DNA from: a virus
Lineage: Duplodnaviria > Heunggongvirae > Uroviricota > Caudoviricetes
Strand: one strand, 5' to 3'
Length of the DNA: 16,831 bases
Virus record (IMG/VR): IMGVR_UViG_3300029878_000153
In this document: piece after piece, positions 1 through 7,420 of the stretch
How the letters are laid out: each line of letters starts with the position of its first letter
How positions within the stretch are numbered: the first letter of the stretch is position 1
Translations under genes and position numbers: made by a program
The notes under the pieces: generated by a model
Seen by the model: only the letters and a program-made list of their open reading frames with translations
The model's database searches: none
What the model was told of the DNA's origin: nothing

Positions 1-74
1 GTGGCGGCCTCAGTCCGGAACAATTTGAAAACAAGAACCTCGCTTAGGCCTGTGTCCATATTACGTGGGTAGGA

Positions 75-1547
75 TCACGGCGTCGATGCTGCGGCGTTGG
101 CAAAATAACTCAGTGGCCCCGGGTTTGCCGGAGAAAGAGTTACCGAACCGCTGGCAGGAATGCTGCCGCCAACTGGAACGTAATACGCTCTGCGCCCACC
201 CTGAGCAGCAGCTGTGCCAACGCTTGTGCGTGAGCTTTTGCCAAAGTTATAGGCCGTGTAGCCGGTTAGCTCCTGCAGGCGTGTCAGCATACGGGGGTTA
301 TCAACCATTGAATGGCCCCACCCGCAAATGATCGGCCTGGACATTACAGAGTGCTCAGTCAGATCATTGATATAGCAATAATACTGCCCACCCGGTGCGC
401 GATTAGTCTCCCTGTCCGATTGCCAGATAACCTTATCACCATCAACGCGTGGCAAGGTTTCATTACTGGATGTATTGGTTACACGAACCTGCTGACCTGT
501 ATCGCGATCAAACAGGAAAATCTGCTCATAGCCTTCTTTCTCTTCGCTAAATGCAATGTAATCAGGCTGACCTGAATTTGTCAGGTCCGATGATTTCAGC
601 GACTCGATAACAACCAGGTTTTCAGATGTGGATGCAGAAATGTATCCACTATCTGCATACTCATCAGGTGAGAGAAACGTTACTGACTCTGGAAGAGGTG
701 ATAATGCGTCAGTAACACCCTTTACCTCTGTAAAATCGCTTCCTTCAATTACCGCATCGTCAACAACAATTTTGCTAAAATAAATGGTGGTGCCTTTAAT
801 GCCAACAATAATTCTATTGTTTTCAGAAAAAGTTGCTGAGTCATACCCTGAATCCGAAAATTCAGATATATCGACAAAAGTCGAAGCCTGTAAAAAAGGA
901 ACGATTCCAAGAAGGCTCTGCCCGGAAATTAAAATGTCGTTTCCTGAAAGGATTTCAGCAGCGAATTGATCTGCGCTGATTTCCCCCGCTCTGATTTTTT
1001 GGAAAAACCACTCGACACCTTTCCTGGATAGTAGTATTTTTTTATTTTCATCTAGTATAGCCTCTTCCACCCCAGAATCTTTATATTCATCAGGAGGAAA
1101 GAACTCTGACGCCTGTGTTATATTTAACAAAGGAGAGTAGGGATCAATAGCATCATCTACATACTTCTTAGATGGCATTTTTCTACCGGTGGGCTCAAGA
1201 GTGCCACCATTGTTAATTACTTCAATAGCCAGCGCGCTATCGTCAGGGCTGCGGTAATACGTGGTAGAACCCACCGGGATATTCGCTATATCCGCCTGCG
1301 CCGCTGCCAGCGTCATGTATTGCCGGCTGAGAGGGATCAGGTTTTGGCGGGCTTCATCAATAACAGCGTCGGTAGCAGCTGCCATTTTTTTAGTAGCCCC
1401 AATTATCGTATCCCGGGCGTTACCAAAACGATCTATAAAAGTATCGCTTTCGCTGTTCAGGAAATCATCGTACGCCATGGCGTTATCATTCAGATCCTTC
1501 ATGCTATTTGAAGGTCTTGGATTGCCGGTATTATATCTTTTGTCCAT
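75..1547 (-). CDS. Hypothetical prophage cargo protein (about 490 aa) with three tandem ~70-aa internal repeats; function unknown
   Basis: Long open frame 75..1616. Start preferred at the ATG at 1545-1547 (MDKRY...), which has AGGA 6 nt upstream; in-frame alternative starts at 1565 and 1616. Repeats FPPDEYKDSGVEEAILDEN / ISEFSDSGYDSATFSENN / LSPDEYADSGYISASTSEN at ORF residues about 172-333. No signal peptide or TM segment apparent. Product not recognised. Confidence 0.55.
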   Translation of the reverse strand: MDKRYNTGNPRPSNSMKDLNDNAMAYDDFLNSESDTFIDRFGNARDTIIGATKKMAAATDAVIDEARQNLIPLSRQYMTLAAAQADIANIPVGSTTYYRSPDDSALAIEVINNGGTLEPTGRKMPSKKYVDDAIDPYSPLLNITQASEFFPPDEYKDSGVEEAILDENKKILLSRKGVEWFFQKIRAGEISADQFAAEILSGNDILISGQSLLGIVPFLQASTFVDISEFSDSGYDSATFSENNRIIVGIKGTTIYFSKIVVDDAVIEGSDFTEVKGVTDALSPLPESVTFLSPDEYADSGYISASTSENLVVIESLKSSDLTNSGQPDYIAFSEEKEGYEQIFLFDRDTGQQVRVTNTSSNETLPRVDGDKVIWQSDRETNRAPGGQYYCYINDLTEHSVMSRPIICGWGHSMVDNPRMLTRLQELTGYTAYNFGKSSRTSVGTAAAQGGRRAYYVPVGGSIPASGSVTLSPANPGPLSYFANAAASTP

Positions 1548-1587
1548 ACCTGTTCCTGTCTTCATCTTTTCAATGAAGCAATTAAGA

Positions 1588-1616
1588 TTGACGACCCGCC
1601 CCTTCAGGGCTAACAT
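1588..1616 (+). promoter_or_regulatory. Candidate sigma70 promoter for the HTH-acyltransferase operon (TTGACG -35, 17-nt spacer, TAACAT -10)
   Basis: TTGACG at 1588-1593 and TAACAT at 1611-1616 with a 17-nt spacer, read directly from the sequence; not verified. Confidence 0.3.
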
Positions 1617-1648
1617 CGCCTTACGTGTTTAAACGGTTAAGTAAGAGA

Positions 1649-1912
1649 ATGATTTTAATAAATAAATACACTCCTCCAACGCAGGAAGATTTAGCCAGAC
1701 TGAAATCCGCAATAAACTACTCCGGAAACCAAATGGCAGGGCTCGCAGGTGTAGCCAGCGATAGCCAATGGCGGAAATACACTGGCGGAGAGAGCCCCAG
1801 GGTAATGTCAAGACACATACTGTTTTATATTGCAGCTCAGCTTGTTCTGTCTGATGAGCAACTTAACAATGTAATAAATAAAATGCGCGATATTGGCGCG
1901 GAGATAAAATAA
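1649..1912 (+). CDS. Small Cro/YdaS-like helix-turn-helix DNA-binding protein (87 aa from ATG 1649; 95 aa if GTG 1625 is used)
   Basis: Segment GNQMAGLAGVASDSQWRKYTGG matches the helix-turn-helix pattern of Cro/YdaS-type regulators (G-x-Q-x-x-A-x-L-x-G-V-S...W). Stop TAA (1910-1912) overlaps the ATG of the downstream gene (TAATG). AT-rich. Confidence 0.5.
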   Translation: MILINKYTPPTQEDLARLKSAINYSGNQMAGLAGVASDSQWRKYTGGESPRVMSRHILFYIAAQLVLSDEQLNNVINKMRDIGAEIK

Positions 1913-3003
1913 TGCTTGGCCTAATAAGGTTTTTTTTGGCATCGTGCGTCATTGCTTTTCACTTAACGGCTCGCATACCTGCACTTGGCAACTTTGCAGT
2001 GAATTGCTTCTATGTTATCAGTGGTTTTTTAATAACATACATTTTGCATGAAACATACAAGTTCAACTTCTCTATGTTTTGGAAAAATAGAATACTGAGG
2101 TTATTCCCGGCATATATATTTTTTCTCGTCATGGGCTTTCTTATTATAAAATTAATTCCATCCGCAAAGGAATTCCACTCAAACTGGACAGGCAATTTCT
2201 TACCTGGAGATTTATTAGGAAACCTCTTAATCTTCCCCTGGGCTTTCCTTTCTGATAATGCTGTAGCAAATCCATTCGGTGCCTTTTCATCCATTTATCA
2301 CTTTGCTATTGATGGTAATAGATTCAGAATAGTCACATCATCATGGTCAGTGGGTGTTGAGATAACATGTTATTTTTTATTGTGGCTTTTCATAGCCCGA
2401 AATAAATTTACAGCCATTACGTCGATTCTGCTTTCACTGCTTTATCATGCTTACGTATATGTAGTACACCATTCTTTTGATATGGCGTATTTCCCATTCC
2501 TTGCTGCAACACTTCCTTTTAGCATGGGTTCTCTGGGTTATTTTGCCCATAGAAAGTTCAAAGCTATGTATCTTTCTCCACACAAAGCTTTTTTAATAAC
2601 ATTTATTTGCATCGGGATTTTTATTACCAATTGGTATTTATATACAATTAATGCATTAGGTCAGTACAACATAATACTTTACTACACCAATAATGTAATA
2701 GCATTGTTTACAACCCTGGTATTATTAAAAATAAAGACAAACATACATCTTGAGAAAATACTCAAGTGGTTTGGTGACCTGGCCTATCCAATTTTTCTTT
2801 GTCAATATTTTGGTGGATTTCTAGCATGGCTTGCTATTGGTGGTGAAAATCGTGGCTTATCCATCTTTTTATTAGGCTACCCAATATCAATTGCACTTGG
2901 GATCGTTTGTGTAATATTAATAGACAAGCCACTAATTAAAATTAGAGCAAAAATAAGGGCGGACGCTCAAAGCAAAAATAATCAGGAAAACTCTTCAAGG
3001 TAA
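1912..3003 (+). CDS. Acyltransferase family 3 (AT3) integral membrane acyltransferase, Oac/OafA-like; candidate O-antigen/LPS acetylase
   Basis: 363 aa, highly hydrophobic with multiple predicted TM segments. N-terminal R-x10-H motif (R6...H17 in MLGLIRFFLASCVIAFH) and FYVISGFLI motif typical of AT3 proteins. GGAGA Shine-Dalgarno 7 nt upstream of the ATG. Very AT-rich compared with neighbouring phage genes. Confidence 0.8.
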   Translation: MLGLIRFFLASCVIAFHLTARIPALGNFAVNCFYVISGFLITYILHETYKFNFSMFWKNRILRLFPAYIFFLVMGFLIIKLIPSAKEFHSNWTGNFLPGDLLGNLLIFPWAFLSDNAVANPFGAFSSIYHFAIDGNRFRIVTSSWSVGVEITCYFLLWLFIARNKFTAITSILLSLLYHAYVYVVHHSFDMAYFPFLAATLPFSMGSLGYFAHRKFKAMYLSPHKAFLITFICIGIFITNWYLYTINALGQYNIILYYTNNVIALFTTLVLLKIKTNIHLEKILKWFGDLAYPIFLCQYFGGFLAWLAIGGENRGLSIFLLGYPISIALGIVCVILIDKPLIKIRAKIRADAQSKNNQENSSR

Positions 3004-3767
3004 ACTAAACCATTCGCTCCTTTTCCTGATGAATAGTTACCATTCCCCCCGGCACCACCTGAGCCGGGGAAACCGCCATCATCGCCAGAACTACCGAAGT
3101 GGCCATTGCCACCCGTTGATGAAAATGCAGATCCTCCAGCCCCGCCAATAAAAGCATCAGAACCATAATACAGACCACCTTGAGATATTCCGCCAGTAAT
3201 ATTTAAAATGTTCCCGCCACTTCCGATACCTCCAGCAGGAACTGTAGCCCCGCCACCACTCCCTCCAGTAGCTGAGATTAAACTCCCGAACCTTGTATCA
3301 CCACCATTCCCACCTTTAGACGAGACACCAGCAGCAACAGCACTGCCACCAGTACCTATCGTCACAGATATAGTTTCGTTATCAGAAATATTAAATAACC
3401 CTTCCGAAAATCCACCAGCACAACCTCCAGATGCGCCCACACTAACTGGAGCATTCTGGCCACCTCCCCCCGCTCCCCAAACTTTCACCCGCACTCTTTT
3501 CGTCCCTTTAGTTGGAGTGTAAGTCCCTGACTTAGTAAAGGTGACAATATTAAGCAGGCGACCGCCACCAATCGCTTTAAGAACCTGTGAATCATCATCA
3601 GGATCAAGCTCAAGCCCCGCGCCCTCAACAACGTTTACCAGCTCACGCTGAAAGGTATTCATCATCTCAGCATTAATTATTGTCGGTGAAATACCATTAG
3701 CGACATTACCATTAGTGTATTCACCATTAGCATCAGCGGTGTCAGTTGTACTGCCAACTTTTCTCAT
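2982..3767 (-). CDS. Phage tail fiber protein, short (261 aa), with a glycine-rich C-terminal region
   Basis: Sits directly after the baseplate genes on the same strand with an AAGAAGG Shine-Dalgarno. N-terminal segment MMNTFQRELVNVVEGAGLELDPDDDSQVLKAI resembles the baseplate-attachment region of tail fibers; the C-terminal two thirds are GGxGG-rich low complexity. The last 7 codons overlap the 3' end of the convergent AT3 gene. Confidence 0.65.
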   Translation of the reverse strand: MRKVGSTTDTADANGEYTNGNVANGISPTIINAEMMNTFQRELVNVVEGAGLELDPDDDSQVLKAIGGGRLLNIVTFTKSGTYTPTKGTKRVRVKVWGAGGGGQNAPVSVGASGGCAGGFSEGLFNISDNETISVTIGTGGSAVAAGVSSKGGNGGDTRFGSLISATGGSGGGATVPAGGIGSGGNILNITGGISQGGLYYGSDAFIGGAGGSAFSSTGGNGHFGSSGDDGGFPGSGGAGGNGNYSSGKGANGLVYLEEFS

Positions 3768-3793
3768 ATAAACCTTCTTTTTAAATGTCTGAA

Positions 3794-4468
3794 TTAAACG
3801 TAACCAGAAGCGATATCAAATATTTTGGCAAACTCAGGCGTGACTTCGTAAACCCCCTCATCGTTAAAACCGAAATAGATATAGCCGAATTTGACCAGGG
3901 TGTATGAGGGGGCGAGGGCATTAATCCGGCATTCAAGCTGACGATTACCCCAGGAACGTAATGGATCGCCACAATAACTCAGACCTGCACGGGCATAAGT
4001 TATCGTTGTGTCTTCCGCCTCTACCAGCCAGACAAATGGCCAGTCATCCCCATTTAGCCCGTCACCACATACCGATAAGCCAGCACGCGCCTGCCGGTAT
4101 TCCTTAATCGAAATCGTATAACCCATTGCTGCGGCAATACTGATGAAATAGCTCTTTGACTGCCCGCCGGTACTGATGAGTTTCGATACAATGGCAGACT
4201 GACGCTTCGCAATCGTATCCACTTCGCCAATCGAGCAATCATCAGGTAAGCCGAGTGTTTTTTCCCACTCGGTGAGCATAATCGTCGCAGTTTTTGGAAA
4301 GGCACCGCGCAGCAATGCAAGTGCGTCGTTATCACTACGCTGGAAACTGGCCGCAATGGCCCGCAGCACAGCAGCCTGAACAGCTTTTGGATCCCGTGTC
4401 CACGCTCGGCCGGTGGGGATAAGCGCCTGCAGTGCCTTCTGATAATCGTCTGTTGAGAAAAGGCTCAT
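3794..4468 (-). CDS. Phage baseplate/tail protein, Mu gp48 / YmfQ-like (DUF2313-type)
   Basis: 224 aa; ATGA start/stop overlap with the upstream baseplate J gene; position and sequence character match the Mu-type wedge protein that precedes the fiber. Confidence 0.7.
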   Translation of the reverse strand: MSLFSTDDYQKALQALIPTGRAWTRDPKAVQAAVLRAIAASFQRSDNDALALLRGAFPKTATIMLTEWEKTLGLPDDCSIGEVDTIAKRQSAIVSKLISTGGQSKSYFISIAAAMGYTISIKEYRQARAGLSVCGDGLNGDDWPFVWLVEAEDTTITYARAGLSYCGDPLRSWGNRQLECRINALAPSYTLVKFGYIYFGFNDEGVYEVTPEFAKIFDIASGYV

Positions 4469-5613
4469 GTGTAGTTCACCTCGCCACGAACAGCCAGCTC
4501 CCCAACTCCCGGCTCAATATTCGCAGAAGGCGACACAAGGATATAACCTGAAGTACCGGCAACATCCCCTATCGCGCGGTTGAGATCTGAAAGGTAAATT
4601 TTCCCTGTGCCGAGCGGGTTAGCAGATTCAAACAATACCCCGTCAATCGCATCAGCAATGGCCGCAGTCGTTGCGCTGTCGGCATCAGATATCCCGCTTA
4701 TTTCAAAATCGATAACGCGTTCGATGGGAGAGCAGACATAGTTAAGGGAGGTAACCGGCGCAAGCGGATACATATAATCGGCAACTCTCCCCTGATCCCC
4801 GGTGGCTTTTACAGCCCCCCACTCTTCCAGTTGAGAGACACCGTCAGTTCCTGCAGGGAATCCATGATTGGTTTTATCATCGCCGTCGCACATGATGTAA
4901 ATCACCACGGTACCCGGCCCCATCCCCCGGCGCCGTATCCATGCCCTGGTGATCCCCGACACGGATAAAGCCCAGCTTTTATAATCAGTGTCACTCCCGC
5001 CCTGCGGGGGATTCTGATACGCCAGCAGACCACGTAATCGGAAATCCTCTTCACTTTCAATGTTGGCGCCGCCGGTGGCGGGCTCAATCAGCGTAACCGA
5101 GCTGTCTATGCCGGGGGCATTAGCATCCAGTGTAAGAATGGTGCCAGCATCGGCATTTCCGGAAGCGCCTCCTCCTGTCACATCGTCTGTGATATCCGGC
5201 AAAACCGCTGTTACAGCAACCGACGCACTGCCAGCAGTGTTTATCGTTATGGCATCATCGGTTGTGTACTGGTAACCATCATCACGGTTTAACACCGCCC
5301 CTTTTGACAGTGTTTTCCCCGGCGTTCCGGTAACGGTCGCCGCCGGAGAGCGTGCTGCCGTTGCGGCTTTTCGGTAAATCTGCTTTAGCGCCATCCATCC
5401 GGCAAGCCACTCATCGGTAGAGGTGAAAGGCGTGCTCTGACGGGCAATATAATCCAGGTAGGCGTAGTGCAGATGGGCCATGCCCGCATCCATATCAGCG
5501 AGCACCTTAAGGTTGCCAAACCGTAACAACGCGCCAACACTTTCAAGCTCTGCCTGCATAAACTGGCGATTCTCCTGCCGGAGCTCGCTCAGTGTTTTCC
5601 GCTTAAATGGCAT
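4465..5613 (-). CDS. Baseplate J-like protein (Mu gp47 / P2 gpJ family)
   Basis: 382 aa; order V - gp46 - J - gp48 - fiber conserved; translationally coupled to its neighbours. Confidence 0.8.
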   Translation of the reverse strand: MPFKRKTLSELRQENRQFMQAELESVGALLRFGNLKVLADMDAGMAHLHYAYLDYIARQSTPFTSTDEWLAGWMALKQIYRKAATAARSPAATVTGTPGKTLSKGAVLNRDDGYQYTTDDAITINTAGSASVAVTAVLPDITDDVTGGGASGNADAGTILTLDANAPGIDSSVTLIEPATGGANIESEEDFRLRGLLAYQNPPQGGSDTDYKSWALSVSGITRAWIRRRGMGPGTVVIYIMCDGDDKTNHGFPAGTDGVSQLEEWGAVKATGDQGRVADYMYPLAPVTSLNYVCSPIERVIDFEISGISDADSATTAAIADAIDGVLFESANPLGTGKIYLSDLNRAIGDVAGTSGYILVSPSANIEPGVGELAVRGEVNYT

Positions 5614-6052
5614 TATTCAGTTGCTCCCATAGCCAGAAGAATTTGAACTCCTGCCAGTCCCCCGTCGGCGGCAAATACCGGATGATGAGGTTCAGCCTGT
5701 TCGGGAAAACAATCTCTGACTGAGCCTCTATCGCTGCTGCAATACCATCCGACTTCATCCAGGCCAGAGCCTCTTCGGCGTAATCTTCAGCTCTCATCGC
5801 CACTTCGCGCGTCAGTTTTTCACGCCGCAGTAGCCACAGCCTTGAGCCAATATTCCGGTCGTTGTCCAGATCCCCCCACCAGCCGCGGCGGTCAGTTCCT
5901 TCATAATCATCATCAGCGCGCGCCAGTCCGTCAGTAAACAAACTGATAATAATGGCCGTGTGCATATCATTCTCAGATGTCAGTACGCCGTTACCGGTTT
6001 GCCAGTCAGCATGAATGGCATCCACATCCCAGAATGAGGAAATATCACTCAT
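5603..6052 (-). CDS. Baseplate wedge protein, Mu gp46 / T4 gp25-like (GPW/gp25 family)
   Basis: 149 aa; ATGA overlap with the upstream spike gene; characteristic size and position. Confidence 0.75.
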   Translation of the reverse strand: MSDISSFWDVDAIHADWQTGNGVLTSENDMHTAIIISLFTDGLARADDDYEGTDRRGWWGDLDNDRNIGSRLWLLRREKLTREVAMRAEDYAEEALAWMKSDGIAAAIEAQSEIVFPNRLNLIIRYLPPTGDWQEFKFFWLWEQLNNAI

Positions 6053-6630
6053 ACCTGACTCTCTGTTTTTTCGCTTGTGATCGTGCTATCGCCGGACTGA
6101 ACTTCTTTAACGTCATGGTCATGATCGTTGTGAGCATCCCGCAGCGCTTTGAGCGTTGAATTGTTCGTCTCGCAGTTATCGATGATGTCACCCGTCACCA
6201 GGAGTTTGGGGGTAACCAGCTTTACCTGTTCCGTTGCCGTCGCGGTGATGTTTCGGGCATTGTTGATCTCTACATCTTTGCCTTTCGCATCAATGAAAAT
6301 TCCCGCCTCAGTCAGATGAATATTCATCCCCTGCTGGTTATAGACCACCGTTTCGCCTGGCTTAAGCCCGGTATGCCGGTAGCTTTGATGGTTAGAGGCA
6401 ATGACGACGGGACTGGAGCGGTCCCCGCCGAGAAAGGCAATAAGCACATCCGATCCCGCCGGCAACCCCGATGAAAAACCAAAATCAGAGAGCCGTGGGG
6501 CGCTGGCCACTTCCAGCGGAGTCTGGTACTGGATTTCCTGCACAACCCCGCTATCTTTCTGCGTGGTAATACGGCCAATTCCCAGCATGCCGGCGATGCG
6601 CGTGGCCGATTTCTTTAAATTTTGATTCAT
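6049..6630 (-). CDS. Baseplate spike / assembly protein V (Mu gp45 / P2 gpV-like)
   Basis: 193 aa; C-terminal HNDHDHD His-rich apex motif as in gpV/gp5-type spikes; gene order. Confidence 0.8.
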   Translation of the reverse strand: MNQNLKKSATRIAGMLGIGRITTQKDSGVVQEIQYQTPLEVASAPRLSDFGFSSGLPAGSDVLIAFLGGDRSSPVVIASNHQSYRHTGLKPGETVVYNQQGMNIHLTEAGIFIDAKGKDVEINNARNITATATEQVKLVTPKLLVTGDIIDNCETNNSTLKALRDAHNDHDHDVKEVQSGDSTITSEKTESQV

Positions 6631-7340
6631 TGGTTTAGTCCGGGTATTTGCTGGTAGAAAGCATAAGGCTGGACAGCGAAAGCCTCCGGGGGCATCAGAT
6701 AAAGGCGCGCATGGGTGCCGTCACTGTCTCTGATATAAGTCACCTCTGCGATAAGCAATTCGGTGTCAGGCAGCTGCAGACTCGGGATGTTGACCGGGAT
6801 AAGCGTATTCGGCTCCCATAATCTCCCGGATTTATCGCGCCAGGAATCAATCGTCACCGTTAACTGACGGGAACGGCCGTATCGGCGGTTCATCTCCCAG
6901 TCAATCGCTCGCTGAGCCTGTTGTGAAGCCATCAGTGTACTTTCAACAATAATGATCCGTTTTCGGTAACGCATACTGGCTGCCTCAGGATCGCGGGCCG
7001 TAGCCAGCGTCACCGAATCATAAGCCGTATCTGGCGAGAATCCTGCAATCGGCGAAATGCTCATCGATACGCCGACGTAATCAGAAAAGCGGTCAGCCAT
7101 CGAACGGCGGTAATAAGCCTGTTCGATATTTACCCCTTCTGCGATACCACTGGCCGCGCGCTTTGTCCCCACCCGGGTCAGAAATAAGTTACCGTCAGGC
7201 TGATCGTAATAAAGCAATGCCGACCAGCGGGAGACACGATCAAGTATTTCCTGTGGCGATTCCCCCCAGTTCAGGGAAAATTGCGGGACTTTCACCAGAT
7301 CATCAACGTCTGTACTTACGCCAATGTTGTAATGGGATGC
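6627..7340 (-). pseudogene. Baseplate hub protein (P2 gpD / Mu gp44 family), 5'-truncated fragment
   Basis: The C-terminal part of the 7487..6627 ORF shows gpD-family character (QQAQRAIDWEMNRRYGRSRQLTVTIDSW...). The first ~50 codons of the ORF are low-complexity read-through into integrase DNA on the opposite strand. The gpD homology and the roughly 140 missing N-terminal residues rest on a recalled P2 gpD sequence, not an alignment. The upper coordinate is approximate. Confidence 0.6.
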
Positions 7341-7420
7341 GAGGCGGGAGGCTAGACGGGATGGAAAACCGCCGCCATCGCCTGAACTGGGAAATGAGCC
7401 GGGACAGGTGTTTGCGGCTT

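Noticed and set aside
65-575. Two plus-strand ORFs (65..331 and 312..575)
   Set aside because: Both lie entirely antisense within the long 75..1547 gene and show no protein-like features.
1625-1648. GTG at 1625 as the start of the small HTH gene
   Set aside because: It would leave no untranslated leader after the candidate promoter and has no Shine-Dalgarno; the ATG at 1649 is preferred, though the GTG start cannot be excluded.
2010-2294. 94-aa minus-strand ORF inside the acyltransferase gene
   Set aside because: Antisense chance frame in AT-rich DNA within a well-supported membrane protein gene.
3040-3500. Possible DNA tandem repeat or CRISPR-like periodicity in the Gly-rich fiber region
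   Set aside because: The periodicity is at codon level (GGN repeats) without exact direct DNA repeats or spacer structure; no CRISPR array is present anywhere in the window.
3208-3522. 104-aa proline-rich ORF on the plus strand
   Set aside because: It is the antisense reading of the glycine-rich (GGN codon) region of the tail fiber gene; low complexity, no RBS, wholly inside a better-supported gene.
4054-4356. 100-aa minus-strand ORF inside the gp48-like gene
   Set aside because: Alternative frame of the same strand inside a better-supported baseplate gene; Arg/Ser-rich junk composition.
7163-7420. N-terminal extension of the integrase ORF (MSPPGSEISYRQADRNK...)
   Set aside because: Low-complexity sequence produced by reading through the reverse strand of the hub gene; real integrase homology begins only at about 7421.
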